A stretch of 52,543 nucleotides of DNA from an uncultured Candidatus Saccharibacteria bacterium (lineage in GTDB: Bacteria; Patescibacteriota; Minisyncoccia; Phycocordibacterales; UBA2135), in NCBI GenBank assembly GCA_964573545.1, contig CAZNJQ010000002.1:1-52543 (forward strand), read 5' to 3'. A program made the position numbers and the translations under genes. Below the pieces are notes generated by a model. It saw only the letters and a program-made list of their open reading frames with translations. It had not been told where the DNA came from and did not search any database. Every line of letters begins with the position of its first letter. The first letter of the stretch is position 1. Of this stretch, positions 34,856-44,800 are shown piece after piece.

Positions 34856-35749
34856 ATGGCTAACCGGCACCTTTCCAGAAGTATAGTGATGCAAACACTC
34901 TTTGAGTGGGATTTTAACGGTTGCAACGATAGCCGTATCTTTGATATTCTCGTGCGCAACGCAGGAGAGTTCGCTCCCGGGGCAGGTGATTCATCATATA
35001 TCAAAGATCTGATCGCGGGCATCCTGGAAAAGCGCACGACTCTCGATTCGATCATCATAAAAGCGGCGCCAGAGTGGCCGATCGATAAAATCTCCATTAT
35101 CGACCGGAACATTCTTCGCATCGGTTTGTACGAACTCTTGTTCACGGACAGGAGTGAAGTTCCCGCGAAGGTCGCGATCAATGAATCTATCGAGCTTGCG
35201 AAATCGTTCGGCGGGGAGAATAGCAGTAAATTCGTGAACGGAGTTTTGGGCGCCGTATATCGCGAGCTTGGAGAGCCCGGCAAGGACGATGGCGGAAGTC
35301 GTAAGGCACGCAAGAATGTCGATTTCAATAAGATGCCGATAGAGAAGCTGGGAGGCGCGGTTGTCTATGCGAAGAACGGCGGAGAGATCCATCTCGCCCT
35401 CGTCCACGATGTATTCGGACGCTGGACGCTTTCAAAAGGGAAGATAGAGGAAAAAGAAGACGAAGCGGCGGCTACTGTGCGTGAAATAAAAGAAGAGATC
35501 GGCGTTGATATCGCGATACAGGGAAAGATCGGTAAAAATGAGTATGTCGCGTCAGACCCGGAACGGGGGAAAATACGAAAACAAGTGACATACTTTTTGG
35601 GCGAGGCTTCATACGGAGATCTCACGCTCGAATCTTCCGGGGGGCTTGACGGGGCACGATGGTTCTCGCTTGAAGAACTTCCGCAGCTTAAAATGTACGA
35701 CGACATACTCCCCATAGTCGCGAAAGGAATACAGATGATTACTAAATAA
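34856..35749 (+). CDS. nusB: NusB antitermination factor fused to a C-terminal Nudix hydrolase domain (297 aa)
   Basis: The NusB core is ...IIDRNILRIGLYELLF...AINESIELAKSFGGENSSKFVNGVLG. A perfect Nudix box GKIEEKEDEAAATVREIKEEIGV lies at 35438-35506. Confidence 0.85.
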   Translation: MANRHLSRSIVMQTLFEWDFNGCNDSRIFDILVRNAGEFAPGAGDSSYIKDLIAGILEKRTTLDSIIIKAAPEWPIDKISIIDRNILRIGLYELLFTDRSEVPAKVAINESIELAKSFGGENSSKFVNGVLGAVYRELGEPGKDDGGSRKARKNVDFNKMPIEKLGGAVVYAKNGGEIHLALVHDVFGRWTLSKGKIEEKEDEAAATVREIKEEIGVDIAIQGKIGKNEYVASDPERGKIRKQVTYFLGEASYGDLTLESSGGLDGARWFSLEELPQLKMYDDILPIVAKGIQMITK

Positions 35750-35756
35750 ACTATTG

Positions 35757-35829
35757 CATTTGACCTTTGACATTTGGCAATTGACCGCGTCGTCTCTCTG
35801 TCACATTGTTAAATGTCACACGTCAAATG
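35757..35829. repeat. TTGAC/GTCA word-repeat imperfect hairpin upstream of rnc
   Basis: CATTTGACCTTTGACATTTGGCAATTGAC faces GTCACATTGTTAAATGTCACACGTCAAATG, with about 24/29 positions complementary. Confidence 0.7.
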
Positions 35830-35839
35830 TTCATTACGC

Positions 35840-36541
35840 ATGAAACAAATAGATTTTTCTCGTTTCGAGGATAGTATCGGCGTATCGTTCAGTGACAAAG
35901 CACTCCTTAAGCAAGCATTCACACACCGGTCATATCTGAACGAAAACCCCCGCGAAAGGCTTTCGCATAATGAGCGGCTTGAATTTCTCGGCGACGCGGT
36001 GCTCGAGCTTATTGCGACAGAATATCTTTTTAAGAAATATCCCGACAAGAATGAGGGCGAATTGACTGCGTATCGCGCCGCCCTCGTAAATACCATCACA
36101 CTCTCGGAGACGGCTCAGTCTATGAATATAAATGAGTTCCTCCTTCTCTCGCGGGGAGAACAGCGCGACACCGGCAAGGCAAGGCAATATATTCTTGCGA
36201 ACACATTCGAGGCATTTGTCGGAGCGTTGTATCTTGATAAAGGATATGCCGTAGTCGAAAAGATTTTGTATAAGATACTGTTCCCAAGGCTTGAGAAGAT
36301 ACTCTCGGAGCGCTCGTGGCAAGATGCGAAGAGCAGATTTCAGGAAAAAGCGCAGGAGGTTTTGAGCATCACACCGGCGTATAAGGTCTTAAAAGAAATG
36401 GGACCCGACCACGACAAAACGTTCGTAGTGGGGGTCTTCCTTGGCGATACTAAAATTGCCGAGGGCTCGGGTCGCTCTAAGCAGGATGCGGAACAAGATG
36501 CTGCTCGTGCTGGACTCTCACTAAAAGACTGGGAGAAGTAG
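35840..36541 (+). CDS. rnc: Ribonuclease III
   Basis: NERLEFLGDAVLEL signature and a C-terminal dsRBD (GPDHDKTF...GSGRSKQDAEQDAA). Confidence 0.92.
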   Translation: MKQIDFSRFEDSIGVSFSDKALLKQAFTHRSYLNENPRERLSHNERLEFLGDAVLELIATEYLFKKYPDKNEGELTAYRAALVNTITLSETAQSMNINEFLLLSRGEQRDTGKARQYILANTFEAFVGALYLDKGYAVVEKILYKILFPRLEKILSERSWQDAKSRFQEKAQEVLSITPAYKVLKEMGPDHDKTFVVGVFLGDTKIAEGSGRSKQDAEQDAARAGLSLKDWEK

Positions 36542-36572
36542 CTCCCTAACAATTTGGTAGAATACAGGATAT

Positions 36573-38864
36573 ATGTCCGTGCATTTGAAACGTATCGAAT
36601 TATCCGGCTTTAAGTCTTTCGCGAGGCCGTCTGCGCTTGATTTCACAACCCCCGTGACGGCAGTTGTGGGGCCCAACGGGTCAGGTAAATCAAATATCGC
36701 AGAGGCAATCCGTTTCGTTTTGGGCGAGCAGTCCATTAAATCTCTCCGCGGCAAAAAGACGGAGGATTTGATTTTTAACGGCTCGCACTCTGCCCCTCGT
36801 CTCAATAAGGCGTCGGTTGAGATCATCTTTGACAATTCAAAGAGGATTTTTGACATGGACTATGATGAAGTTTCTCTCCGGAGAACCGTATACCGAGATG
36901 GTGAGGGTATATACGCGGTGAACGGCACCGCAGTACGGCTCAAGGATATTCTTGAGCTTCTTGCGGGGGTTCATATCGGCGCATCGAGCCATCACATCAT
37001 CTCACAAGGAGAAGCCGACAGGATATTACTTGCCTCGCCAAAAGATCGGAGGAATATGATAGAAGATGCATTGGGACTTAAGATATATCAATACAAACGC
37101 ATTGATAGCGAGCGGAAGCTCATGAAGACGAGAGAAAATATAGAGCGGGTAGAAGCACTGCGCAAGGAGATCGCTCCGCATCTTAAATTCTTGACCAATC
37201 AAGTCGAGAAGATACAGCGCGCCGAGAAACTAAAAGAAGACCTTAAGACTCTTTATGCGGAATACATACACCGCGAAAACGCGTATCTCACGCACCAGAG
37301 AAAAAAAATAGACGATGAAATGCGCATCCCGGAAGGTGGGCTTAAAGGCACCGAAGAAGCGATTAAACATGCTGAAGAATCTCTCCTTAAGGCTCGAACA
37401 AAGAGCGGTCACGCAAAAGAAGTGCATGGGCTTGAGCGCGAATTGCAGAAAATCCGCGGTGAAAAAGACGCATACGGCAGGAGGCTTGGCCGTCTTGAGG
37501 GTATTATCGAATATGCCGAAATAGGCGCACGGAGAGGCGGCGAAGAGGGCGAAGAAGATGCTTCACATCCGATCGCTATCCCACGCAATGCGATTAACGA
37601 TTTCGAAAAAGAGATTGCCTCGCGCATATCGCGCGCGGAAGGCGAGGAAGATATCACCCTTGTAAAGAAAATACTCCACGAAATACGCGGACTTATGGCT
37701 AATTTTGCGGCACAGTGGTTGCGGCAAAAAAGCATACGCGCTGTTTTCTCCATTACCACGAAAGAAGAACTTGCGGGCAAGAAAGAAGAAAAAAGAGCTG
37801 TCGAGGAATCGCTCCGGGAGCTTACGCAAAAAGAGGAAAAACTTCAGGAGGAATATATCTCACTTCGGAATCTCGTCGAGGAAGAGAAGGATAGCGAGCG
37901 TACGGGCGAGCGAGCGCTCTTTTCCTTCCAAAATAAAAGAACGGAATTACTTTCGCGCATCGAAGTTTTGCGCGTCAAAGACGAGCAATTGAGATCTCTG
38001 GATGAAAGATTCAAGAACGAATTGCGCGAAGCAGAGGTATTGCTTGGGCACGCTCCCGAATACACGGCAGCGGAAAGCGAGATATTTTCCAAAGATAGTG
38101 CAAACGAACCCCGCGAGGCACAAGATGTCCGCCTTCGAAAGATAGAGCGGCTTAAGATAAAGATCGAGGAAATAGGCGTCGGTGGAGAAGAAATCCTTAA
38201 GGAATACAGGGAAGTGGTTGAACGTGATCAGTTCCTCGCAAAAGAAACCGACGATCTTATCAAAAGCGCGGAAGCACTTGATACATTAATTCAAGAACTT
38301 GAGGAGAAAATTGAAATTGAATTTAAAGACGGGGTCAATAAAATAAACGAAAAATTCCAAGAACTATTTGCCCTCGTATTCGGCGGAGGAAAGGCTACAC
38401 TCCGGCTTGTCGCGATCCAGCGGAGAAAAAAGAAAGAAGATGACCCCTCTCTGCTTGTCGACATAGAAAACACCGGGGGAGAAGATGAAGAACCCTCTCT
38501 GAAAGAACCTGACGGTGTCGAAATATCAGTCTCTTTACCGCGTAAAAAAGTGAAGAGCCTGGAGATGCTCTCGGGAGGGGAGCGGGCGCTCGCATCAATC
38601 GCGCTTATATTTGCGATGACGCAAGTGAAGCCGCCCCCATTTTTGATATTGGATGAGACTGATGCCGCTCTTGATGAGACTAATTCTCGAAAATACGGGG
38701 AAATGCTTCAGAGCCTCTCAAAACATACGCAGTTGGTCCTTATTACCCACAATCGTGAGACAATGGGTATTGCCGGAGTTCTCTATGGGGTAACGGCGCT
38801 TGACGGCGTATCTCGTCTTCTCTCTGTCCGTTTTGACGAAGCGAAAGAGCTTGCGCAGAGTTAG
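36573..38864 (+). CDS. smc: SMC-family chromosome-partition ATPase, short (763 aa), no recognisable hinge
   Basis: The N-terminal head is L..IEL.GFKSF...VVGPNGSGKSNI. The C-terminal head is LSGGERALASIALIFAM...FLILDETDAALD. The middle is coiled-coil-like only. Confidence 0.8.
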   Translation: MSVHLKRIELSGFKSFARPSALDFTTPVTAVVGPNGSGKSNIAEAIRFVLGEQSIKSLRGKKTEDLIFNGSHSAPRLNKASVEIIFDNSKRIFDMDYDEVSLRRTVYRDGEGIYAVNGTAVRLKDILELLAGVHIGASSHHIISQGEADRILLASPKDRRNMIEDALGLKIYQYKRIDSERKLMKTRENIERVEALRKEIAPHLKFLTNQVEKIQRAEKLKEDLKTLYAEYIHRENAYLTHQRKKIDDEMRIPEGGLKGTEEAIKHAEESLLKARTKSGHAKEVHGLERELQKIRGEKDAYGRRLGRLEGIIEYAEIGARRGGEEGEEDASHPIAIPRNAINDFEKEIASRISRAEGEEDITLVKKILHEIRGLMANFAAQWLRQKSIRAVFSITTKEELAGKKEEKRAVEESLRELTQKEEKLQEEYISLRNLVEEEKDSERTGERALFSFQNKRTELLSRIEVLRVKDEQLRSLDERFKNELREAEVLLGHAPEYTAAESEIFSKDSANEPREAQDVRLRKIERLKIKIEEIGVGGEEILKEYREVVERDQFLAKETDDLIKSAEALDTLIQELEEKIEIEFKDGVNKINEKFQELFALVFGGGKATLRLVAIQRRKKKEDDPSLLVDIENTGGEDEEPSLKEPDGVEISVSLPRKKVKSLEMLSGGERALASIALIFAMTQVKPPPFLILDETDAALDETNSRKYGEMLQSLSKHTQLVLITHNRETMGIAGVLYGVTALDGVSRLLSVRFDEAKELAQS

Positions 38865-38912
38865 ATAATCATCAGCATCGGGGGAACCTTTATTGGCGGC
38901 AGTGACAAGCCG

Positions 38913-39521
38913 CTATTTTCTGTTTCCCAACGCGTGTGCGATAGTGTCAGTATCCGAGTATTCAAGCTCGGTTCCCGTCGAGATACCTCTTCCGAGAGTT
39001 GTCACGCGCAGAGGGCGTTTTTTACCGATCGGGAAAAGCTGTTCTTTAATATAGGTACTTGTGACATCTCCTTCCGGATGTGCAGAAAGGGCAAGGACAA
39101 CCTCTTGTATATGTGTTTCTTTGGAAATCTTCATGAATAACTCTTTGTCTTTCAGGTGTTTCGGTCTTTTTCCGGCTCCGATGGGTATCAATCCTCCTAA
39201 GACAAAATATTTGCCGTTGAACATGCCACTTTTTCGTATTGCATCAAGGTCCTGATCTTTTTCGACTATAAGGAGCAGTTTTTCATCTGCAACGGGATCG
39301 AGGCATGTGTTGCACTGCGGAAGCGAATCCTTTGGTTCGAAAAATCTGTAACATGAGGAGCACTGGGCAGTCTCCTCCTTTATTTTTTGTATAAGAGAAG
39401 CGATTTCCTGTGAAACTTGAGCATCTGAGCGCAGGAGAAAATAAACGAAACGGCGTGCTTGGCGCATACCGATTCCCGGGAATAAAGAAAAATACTCCGT
39501 CAGTTTATCAATAGGGGACAT
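38913..39521 (-). CDS. recR: Recombination protein RecR
   Basis: LFPGIGMRQARR (HhH), a C4 zinc finger CSSC...CNTC, and a Toprim region. Confidence 0.9.
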   Translation of the reverse strand: MSPIDKLTEYFSLFPGIGMRQARRFVYFLLRSDAQVSQEIASLIQKIKEETAQCSSCYRFFEPKDSLPQCNTCLDPVADEKLLLIVEKDQDLDAIRKSGMFNGKYFVLGGLIPIGAGKRPKHLKDKELFMKISKETHIQEVVLALSAHPEGDVTSTYIKEQLFPIGKKRPLRVTTLGRGISTGTELEYSDTDTIAHALGNRK

Positions 39522-39616
39522 ATAAAGATATGAGATTCTTTATTTCGTCGAGCCCCGCCGCAGGCGGGGCGAGCGAGGAGCGAAATGAAAACCTTAATTT
39601 TCTTTTCGTCCGAGCT

Positions 39617-39651
39617 CTGCCTCCTGCATGCGCAGGCATGGCCGCAGGCAG
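39617..39651 (+). repeat. GC-rich palindromic repeat (CTGCCTCCTGCATGCGCAGGCATGGCCGCAGGCAG)
   Basis: Shares a 22-nt identical core, TCCTGCATGCGCAGGCATGG, with the reverse complement of 41502-41535. Confidence 0.8.
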
Positions 39652-39692
39652 CGAAGACAAAACACGGGTTCAATCGGGGAACCTTTGTTTCT

Positions 39693-41072
39693 CTAAAATT
39701 CGACTTCTCGTGCACGGTTAAGTTCTTCGACGGCAGCATTTCCTTCCAAACTCAAGAAAGTAGTCTTTCGTTCATCAAAATATAATTTTACCTTCCCCAA
39801 AGGACCGTTTCGATGTTTCTCGACAATTATCTCGGCGACATTTGTCCGCTCTGTCTCATCTTTGTATTTATCGCTCCTGTGGATGAACATAACCACATCA
39901 GCATCCTGTTCAATAGATCCGGAATCCCGAAGATCCGATAAGCGCGGCCGGTCTCGCCGTTGCTCGACGGCGCGATTCAATTGCGAGAGGGCAAGCACGG
40001 GAATATTGAGTTCGCGCGCAAGCGCTTTAAGCGAGCGAGATATTTCAGTCACTTGCTGTACCATTGAATCGTAGTTTCTTTGCGTGTGAATGAGTTGGAG
40101 ATAATCTATGACCAAAAGTTGCAGATTGTGCTCTCGTTTAAGCCGCCGTGCGACGGAGCGCATCCGGAGCACTGTATTTGACGGTTGGTCATCGATATAT
40201 ATGGGTGCTGTCGAAAGGCGATCGAGGGAATCGCGGATTTTTGAGAATTCCTCGTCAGTTTTAAGTTTCCCGGTGCGTAATTTCCACGCGTCAACAAGAG
40301 ATTCCGCGGCAAGCATCCTGTCTACGAGTTGCTGAGAACTCATTTCAAGAGAAAAGATACCAACAGGTATATTGTGTTCGGTCGCTGCCTTCCGCGCAAT
40401 ATCAAGCGCCAAAGTCGTCTTCCCCATAGAAGGTCGCGCTGCGAGGATTATCAGGTCAGAATTTTGAAATCCGGCAAGTAAATTATCGAGCTCTCTGAAT
40501 CCAGTCGGGACACCGCGGAGTTCCTCAGGAGATTTTTGGAGTGCATCGAGGCGATCCCACGCTTCCATGAGTCCGTCTTTAAGTGCGATGACTTTTTGCG
40601 ATGAAGTGAGGTTAGTTATGGAGAATATTTTTTTCTCCGCCTTATCCAAAACCTCCTCAAGTTCATCTGCTTCGTTGAAACCGAGTTCTCCGATAAATTC
40701 AGAAGCGGATATAAGTGTACGGAGGATATATTTTCTTTGGATCAAAACTGCATAATGGCGAGCATTCACCGATGAGGGAACAACGCTCACAAGCTCCGTA
40801 AGATATGTTCTTCCACCGATTTGAGAAAGCTGTCCCTTTTCATCCAGGCGTGCCGAGAGAGAAAGAAGATCAATTGGTTCTTTTTTTTCATGAAGTTCGA
40901 GCATCGCCCGATAAATGATGCGATGTTTTTCCGAATAGAACGAATCTGGCGATACAATATCCAGGACGTCGTACATTGTTTCAGGACGAAGCATCACCGA
41001 ACCGAGGAGTGCTTTTTCTGCATCAAGAGATTGCGGGGGGATCCGGATGGCGTTGTGTGGATTTTTTTCCAT
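39693..41072 (-). CDS. dnaB: Replicative DNA helicase DnaB
   Basis: PPQSLDAEKALLGS..., Walker A ARPSMGKTT, ...IDYLQL..., RNGP. Confidence 0.95.
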   Translation of the reverse strand: MEKNPHNAIRIPPQSLDAEKALLGSVMLRPETMYDVLDIVSPDSFYSEKHRIIYRAMLELHEKKEPIDLLSLSARLDEKGQLSQIGGRTYLTELVSVVPSSVNARHYAVLIQRKYILRTLISASEFIGELGFNEADELEEVLDKAEKKIFSITNLTSSQKVIALKDGLMEAWDRLDALQKSPEELRGVPTGFRELDNLLAGFQNSDLIILAARPSMGKTTLALDIARKAATEHNIPVGIFSLEMSSQQLVDRMLAAESLVDAWKLRTGKLKTDEEFSKIRDSLDRLSTAPIYIDDQPSNTVLRMRSVARRLKREHNLQLLVIDYLQLIHTQRNYDSMVQQVTEISRSLKALARELNIPVLALSQLNRAVEQRRDRPRLSDLRDSGSIEQDADVVMFIHRSDKYKDETERTNVAEIIVEKHRNGPLGKVKLYFDERKTTFLSLEGNAAVEELNRAREVEF

Positions 41073-41501
41073 TTAGAAAATTATACGAGCTGTAATTAAA
41101 TTCATCTTAACACGAGAACCCCTTATTTATTCTCGACGCAATGCCGTGGATTCTGTGAAATCTGTGGATTGGAGAATTTCAACAGCATGAACCTGAACAT
41201 GATTTAGTGTGTGATCTTAACCCATACGGACATAAAACATGAACAGTGACCCATAGAGGATAGTAATTTACTGTCTCGCATACCCGAGATAGTAAATACT
41301 AGTCAGTTGCATTGAGCCTTCGATCGTCTCTCAGCCCTTAGTAACGTCTCGTCTTGCCGATAATCTCAAGTTGACTGTCTATCAAGTGGACTTTGATAAA
41401 AGTATACATCACATTTTACATCATAGCGAGCGTGAATCTACATCGTGTAGCCGAGATATAGACCCGCACTAAAGATGCTTAATGCTCTGGAGGCTTGCTT
41501 A

Positions 41502-41535
41502 CCTGCCACCATGCCTGCGCATGCAGGAGGGCAGG
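41502..41535 (-). repeat. Inverted copy of the GC-rich palindromic repeat
   Basis: CCTGCCACCATGCCTGCGCATGCAGGAGGGCAGG is the reverse complement of the 39617-39651 family core. Confidence 0.8.
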
Positions 41536-41803
41536 CACCACAAAGTATTTTTATAGCCAAAATAGTGTAGAAATCCCTATAAAATAGGTCGGCTAAGCGA
41601 GAAAATCAAAGAACAGTCAAAATATAGTGGCTTATCCAAGGACGCAAAAGGATTGATCATTGGAAACTTATAAAAAATCATATTGTTGAGTCTTAAAAAT
41701 CAAAAATAGTTCACTGGTGCCGCACTCAGCACAGGTTTCATTGGACATAAAACGCACCATGCGTGTTCGTACCACAGTTGCCGCGCATCGGCTGACGGAC
41801 AAC

Positions 41804-41812
41804 TTATCCACA
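41804..41812 (+). promoter_or_regulatory. Perfect DnaA-box consensus TTATCCACA
   Basis: Exact 9-mer. Related sites are TTATCCAAG at 41632, TGTGGATTG at 41163 and TGTGGATTT at 41056. Confidence 0.35.
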
Positions 41813-41895
41813 TTTTGTCTAGTTCGGATAGCCGAAATGTCTTACAATTAAAGGGTAACGAGAACTCTTTAAAACTGTCATCTCGGTTCTTGGCA

Positions 41896-44800
41896 ATGGA
41901 ATCAGAATTTTTTTTGGAAGGAAAAAAATATATCTCGTCAAAACAAGCTGGCGAGTTGTTCGGCTACACGAGTGACTACATTGGCCAGCTTTGTCGTGCT
42001 AAAAAACTGGATGGGAAAATACTCGGCAAGACGTGGTTCATAACCGAGGAATCGCTATTGGCGCACCAGAACAAGAAGAACGAGAAACAGAGTAAGAAAA
42101 ACAGACCTCGTCCTGCCGAGGATGCTCGCCCAGACGAAGAATCAATAAGTTACGTAGAAATGTGGGGGAGTGCCCCATCTCCGCAGCGCTCTTTAAAAGA
42201 AGAACGTTCGGGTGAAATACATATCACTCGTTCTTATCGCGCCCTAGAAGATATTGATAGTTCTTGGGAACAAGTTCTCTTCTCCGGCAGTTCAGCGGGA
42301 GAGTATGCGATACGTAAAAATATTTCCGAGAAAAAAACTGCGCTATCTCAAGCAGGCTCTGTGCAAGTGACAATCTCGCAGAACTTTTCTCAAAAAGAAA
42401 AAAATGCTCCCGCGTCACGGTATGGCATTTTGCGAAATGAATTTGAAAAACAAAATAAGCGCACCAAAGAAGACCGGCTGGTTGGAAACTTTTTACAAAC
42501 GACTACTAGATTTAGCGATTTCATCTCTCCGCGAACCGCACTCCAATTTACTGCATTCATTTTTATGCTGTCGGCGATAGGGGGCGGTGCGTTTTATGCG
42601 AACAATGTTTTTACATACGACAGAAGCTCCTCATATGCAGCCTCTGAAACTGCATCGGAAAAACTCCTGACCATGGCTGAAAACTGGAGCGATAGAATGG
42701 TGACAAAAATCTCGACTTTTGATGACAAAATTGTCGCGAGAACGGCTGGTTTCGCAGCGAAACTCGATGGTATTCTGGCACAAGAAGATGTATTCGAAAA
42801 GGAAGTCGTTTTGCTACAAGACCAAACGCCGGAAAACCAAGAATCCCAAGATTTTCAAGGGTTTTCTGTCTTCTCACGAGGTATTGCGCAATTTCTTAAC
42901 GCTTTCGGAGAAGAGCTCTCGACTATTACTCGCAGCGCAATGACTTCTATAACATCTGGAGCGCGGGAATATCTGCAGGTCATAAAAGCCACAGTTCACT
43001 ACGTGAAATACGATCCAAGTTCGCTATTCTCTAACCGTATAAGTACGCGGTACTATGTCTCATTTATCGACACAACGATCAGAGATGAAAGCGCCCGGGA
43101 AAGGCTTGCAACGTTCTCGCTACCATCGCTTATACCCGACATATCGTCTATCGCATTGCATACCGGAATAAAATATGCCGCATTTGTAACGTATCAAAGC
43201 ATACATACTACGGGAGATATTTTGAAAGCAGGCTATTCATTATTCTTCGAGACCGATGAGGATATGACCCACGTCGCGGTTATCGAGCCTAAGCAAGAAG
43301 AAAGGGAATCAATTCTCTCCGAAAAAATTTCCGCGCTTGAACAAGAAATCAAGTATCTCAAGACTCAAGGAGTTTCTGTCGTATTCTCTCCCGGCGCTCC
43401 CGCTATCGTAGAGCGGGCAATCGAGCGAGTTACCCCGGGGGTCTCCGATGCGATTCTTGACGATAAATTAAATACGCTCGAAAACAAACTTCGCCAGGAA
43501 ATTTTTAGAGTACAGGGTTCGACGAACTCAACCGTACAAAGCAACGCTCGCGCAATTGCGCTTACAAACGTCATCAATCGCTTATCGAATGTCACTATCA
43601 CGGATGCAACCGTAAGTGGCGTCTCTGGTCTTACCGATGCGGACATACCGAACGATATTGTTGCGTCAAATTACTTGCCGCTTGCGGGAGGAACGCTTAC
43701 CGGAACCCTGACGGGGACGAATGCCGTATTTACCGGCACACTGGGAGTTGGGACTACAACACCTTCAGAAGATTTTGCGGTCGCGAATCGCATCTATGTG
43801 GGTGGCACGGGCACTTCGACTATACAAAACAACTTAAGCATCTTAGGTTCTATCGCCATCGGCAATGTGTGTATCAACTGCGACTCAAGCGGCGGATTCT
43901 CGGGAGCAGGTATCTCAGCTTCCGCAACATCCACGTTCTCAGCGCCGCTTATTGCGACATATGTACCACCGAATGCCCACACCTTCCCTGCATGGTCAAT
44001 TGGCGCAAGTGGCTCAAATGTCACAAGCGCATCGCTTGTCATTAATCCAGCATCGGCATCTTCCGATACGAACCTGCTGGGTGTCGCGGTTAACGGCGCC
44101 GTCCGGTTCCTTGTTGATGCGGAGGGAGATGTGTTCGCGAACTCACTGACGTCCGTTGGCGGGGAGACACTCTCAACGACGACTATCGCAACCCTTACTG
44201 TCGAAAACAACTCGACGTTGGGTGACGCAACAACGACAGACAGGGTCTATTTTAACTCTCGTATTGGCTCGTCTCTTATCCCGACGGCAAACAATATCTT
44301 GAATATCGGGGACACGACAAATGGTCTCGCGTGGCGAACGGGAATTTTCGGAACTTCACTCGGTGTCGGCACAACGTCTCCTTCATGGCCGCTTGCGGTC
44401 GCCGGAGCCGGTTCTTTTGACGACTACGTGCGCGCATCGTATTTTAATGCCACGTCGAGCACAGCAACCTCGACATTCTCGGGCGGCTTAACCGCAAACA
44501 ATATCAAGATCGGTTCCGGCACATATCTCTTCAATGCGGCCACGTCTTCGTTCACGCAAGGCATCAATATTTCCGACGGCTGCTTCTCCGTCGACGGCGT
44601 GTGCGTCGTCGGACGCGTCACTTCAGTAACCGCAAATGCAAACAATACGCTCACGATCTCTCCCACATTTGGTGATGTGGTCGCAGGATTAAACCTTTCG
44701 AATCCAAACACATGGACAGGGCTCCAGCAATTCTCCGCAGGAGCATCGACAACACGCCTCTCTGTCATCGACACGTTCTATGTTGGAGGAACCGCGACAA

